Assembly: GCF_030028105.1 (NCBI RefSeq)
Contig: NC_092375.1
Location: forward strand, 43,933,130-43,997,129
DNA length: 64,000 nucleotides
Source: Mobula birostris
Lineage: Eukaryota
Reading direction: 5' to 3'
Part shown: in pieces, positions 61,331 through 64,000 of the stretch
Numbering within the stretch: the stretch's first letter is position 1
Layout of the letters: every line of letters begins with the position of its first letter
The notes under the pieces: generated by a model
What the model was told of the DNA's origin: nothing
Database searches by the model: none
Seen by the model: the letters and a program-made list of their open reading frames with translations, nothing else
Position numbers and translations under genes: made by a program

Positions 61331-63189
61331 CTTCTATCAGTCAGGATTTCAAAGATGTTGACCAGGCAAATGAAAAAGAATGGACATCAAAGTCAGAATG
61401 ACATGACTTAAAGAAAAATTTGCAAGAGTTGTGCTTCTTACAGTATATCTTTGTTGCCCTTGTGTTTCGAATAGAAACTGTAAGCATATGCGATACTGCT
61501 GAAGAAAGCTTAACAAATAGCTGCAATGCATTCTATAGCTGCAGAGTGCAAACAGTCAGGCACACATGTCGTAGACCTTGTTCACTATCAAATCTTGAAA
61601 CAGAAAGCTAAATGTTTATTGACCTATTGAAATGTGGTTGTTAAACATCTTTTACCAATTTTGTTTCAATCTCCTGGGACATATGTTTAATAAATACAAG
61701 AAAAACTCAGGCTTCACACATTTTGTCACAATAATCAGTAGTATAATCCAAAAGAAGAACTGATGAAATTTGTATGTATATTAATGTAATTAAATGTATT
61801 TTTTTCTTTTGTCACACTATCATAAGTGCATTTAAAAATTGGTGTCTAACTAAGGAATTCGACAATTTTGGAATATCATTTAAACGTTTATTGAATATAT
61901 AAGACTCTGCATTTCCTTTAATTACTAATAATCTGAAAGCAAGAATAATTTCTATTAAGCATGATATATGTACAACAGCTTTAAAAGCAGCCTTTCTCTT
62001 GCTGAGAATGTTCCAGAAAAAAACCATCACAGAAGATCAGCTCCATGTGGTTCCAGGTTAGTTAAATGATACGGGTACCATGGTTTCCAGCAAATTTGCC
62101 TTCTGGAACTGAAGGTGAAAGGAAAATCATTATTTATAATATCAATTAACATTTTCTCCACAAGTACAACCACATTACAAGTTTTTAAAATTGTTTTTTT
62201 TCAACTACAGTTAATTTTACAGTTCCTAAATCCTTGAAGAAAAAGCAATGGAAATTGCAAGGTTTGGTTCCAGTCTCTCAGTGGTGAAAAGAGATATCAT
62301 TGGTTGCCTATTCTGTTTAAAACAACTCTGAATATTCAGCATGTTTACCCACCAATCCACTTCTCTTCCTTTCCCAGTTCCTCCCCATAAGATAACTACC
62401 TAATAATAGCTCTAAGGTGAGAGGGGCAAGTTTAAAGGATATTTACAAGGCAAGTCTTTTATACAGTTAGGTGCATGCACTGTGGGTAAATGGTGGAAGA
62501 GTTATAAGGTGCCTTGACAGGTACATGAACAGGCAGGTCATTTAAAGATGCAGACCATGTGCAGACGATCCATATTGGCATCACAATTAGCACATTGCTT
62601 GTTCCTATGTTCTGGAGTTTTAAATGGAACACTCATGAAAGTACTAATTACTTGACATTCCATTATGTGATCTTTGCCCATGTCTTGTACATGTTTTTGT
62701 CTTAGTTAATGGTTTCTTGTATCCTTATAGGTACAGGATCTCTCTGCTCCCTATGCCGATACCACCGATGCAGTGATAACGAAGCACAGAGCCCAGATAT
62801 TCTGATGTTTTGTCATTCTTTGTCCCAAATCAAATTCACCTGTGTAGTAAAAGCCATCATATGCCCTATTTCTCTACAACTGATTTTGTTTTAATAGAAG
62901 TCCCCAGCTTCAGATTCCCAGCAATCAAAAGAGCAAAATACTGCAGATGCTGAAAAAAAAAATCAAAATATAAAAAAGTGTTAGAAATGTTCAGAACAGG
63001 CATCATCTTTGAAATTGGGAAAAGTTTGTTCTGTTTCTTAAAGAAGTATGCAAAAGAGGAAAGGGAAGAAAGCTATTGTGATATGTTAGAAGGCGGGAGA
63101 GGAGTACATGCTGAAAGAAATGAAGAAACGAGGAGGTACAAGGTAACAGGTATGATATTCCAGGGGACACAATTGTTGATGCTGGAACT

Positions 63190-63760
63190 CTGAAAATGGA
63201 AGGTGCTGGAAACACTCAGTCCCAGAAATTATTAAATCAGATTAAAACTGGAAGGAATATATAGCAATTGGAGGATGAGGTTCTCTTTCTTGACCTTGCT
63301 TTGAGATTCAATTAACAGTACAGTACACAAGGGCATAGGTGTCCAAGTAGGAATGGAATGGAAAATTAGGATGACAGACTGGGATTTTGGGATTGTGTAT
63401 GCAGGGTGAATGGGGTGTTGTTTAAAGCAGCTACAAAATCAGAAGTTGGCCTTCTCAATATTAGAGAGGGCTGAATCATGAGCAAATATTGAATTTTTAA
63501 ATTGAAAATGCAAGCAAGTCGCTGCCTCACCTGGAAAAAGTATGTATGGTATGTCTGAAGCTTGAGATGGTAGGTGTTGTAGTGCCTGCAGTTGTTTTAG
63601 TAATTGCTGAAAATGAAAGAGTAAAGCAGAGCTTCTTAGATAGGAAAAAAACTCTTGATAATGATAAAGTAGAGGATAAAAAAGTATAGCTTTTGGTAAC
63701 AATTTTGGAATTACTGGAAAGAACTAGTAGATGATCCATAGAAGACTGATAAAATGGAAA
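63190..63760 (-). mobile_element. Degenerate Penelope-like element, GIY-YIG endonuclease region
   Basis: Minus-strand remnants FQVRQRLAC and ESQSKVKKENLILQL resemble the PLE FQVRQHFTC and RKLEEQHLIFRLG motifs. An adjacent pLTR-like repeat lies at 62930-63220. Confidence 0.5.
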
Positions 63761-64000
63761 GTGAGGACAAAACTAACTGTATTGTAGGTCTGGAAAGCAG
63801 GAGTCTGGGTGAGATAAATATGCTCTGTTAACCATGATGGACAAGACTGAGAAAATAAAACACAAAACATCTTTTAAAATTAATTTTCTGGATCGGGATC
63901 TCGCAGTTTTTGGTGTCATGCCCAGTTACTCTGGGGAAAACTATAGTAGCCTACCTCCTTGAACTTGTGCAGTGGTTTTAGTAAAGGTTTTCTGCGAGTG

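Overview
Vertebrate genomic DNA, most likely from a cartilaginous fish (ray or shark). This is inferred from the repeat mix (CR1, Rex/Babar, L1, L2, Penelope-derived elements, Tigger/Tc1 MITEs, tRNA-SINEs) and the gene style. The window is mostly transposon debris, with two immunoglobulin-superfamily genes on the minus strand. (1) A compact gene at 14.9-17.4 kb: leader, a germline-joined VJ-type domain ending FGNGTEVTI, and two tandemly duplicated C1 domains. All exons are open and phase 1 with canonical splice sites, and no RSS is present, so it looks like a non-rearranging antigen-receptor-like or SIRP/NKp30-like receptor. Its transmembrane exon could not be resolved. (2) A B7/butyrophilin-family gene: leader 44585-44633, IgV 41817-42158, IgC 38261-38530. 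Its IgV lacks the canonical F-strand cysteine. Probable non-coding 5' exons and an ISRE lie at 58.4-59.2 kb, and its 3' end is also unresolved. Other notable items are short Penelope-derived repeats carrying minimal hammerhead ribozyme cores (best copy 39263-39460, inside a perfect 58-bp inverted repeat with a 15-bp TSD), a head-to-head pair of solo LTRs, a near full-length degenerate L1, three minisatellites and a 156-N gap. No CRISPR, tRNA or rRNA genes were found.
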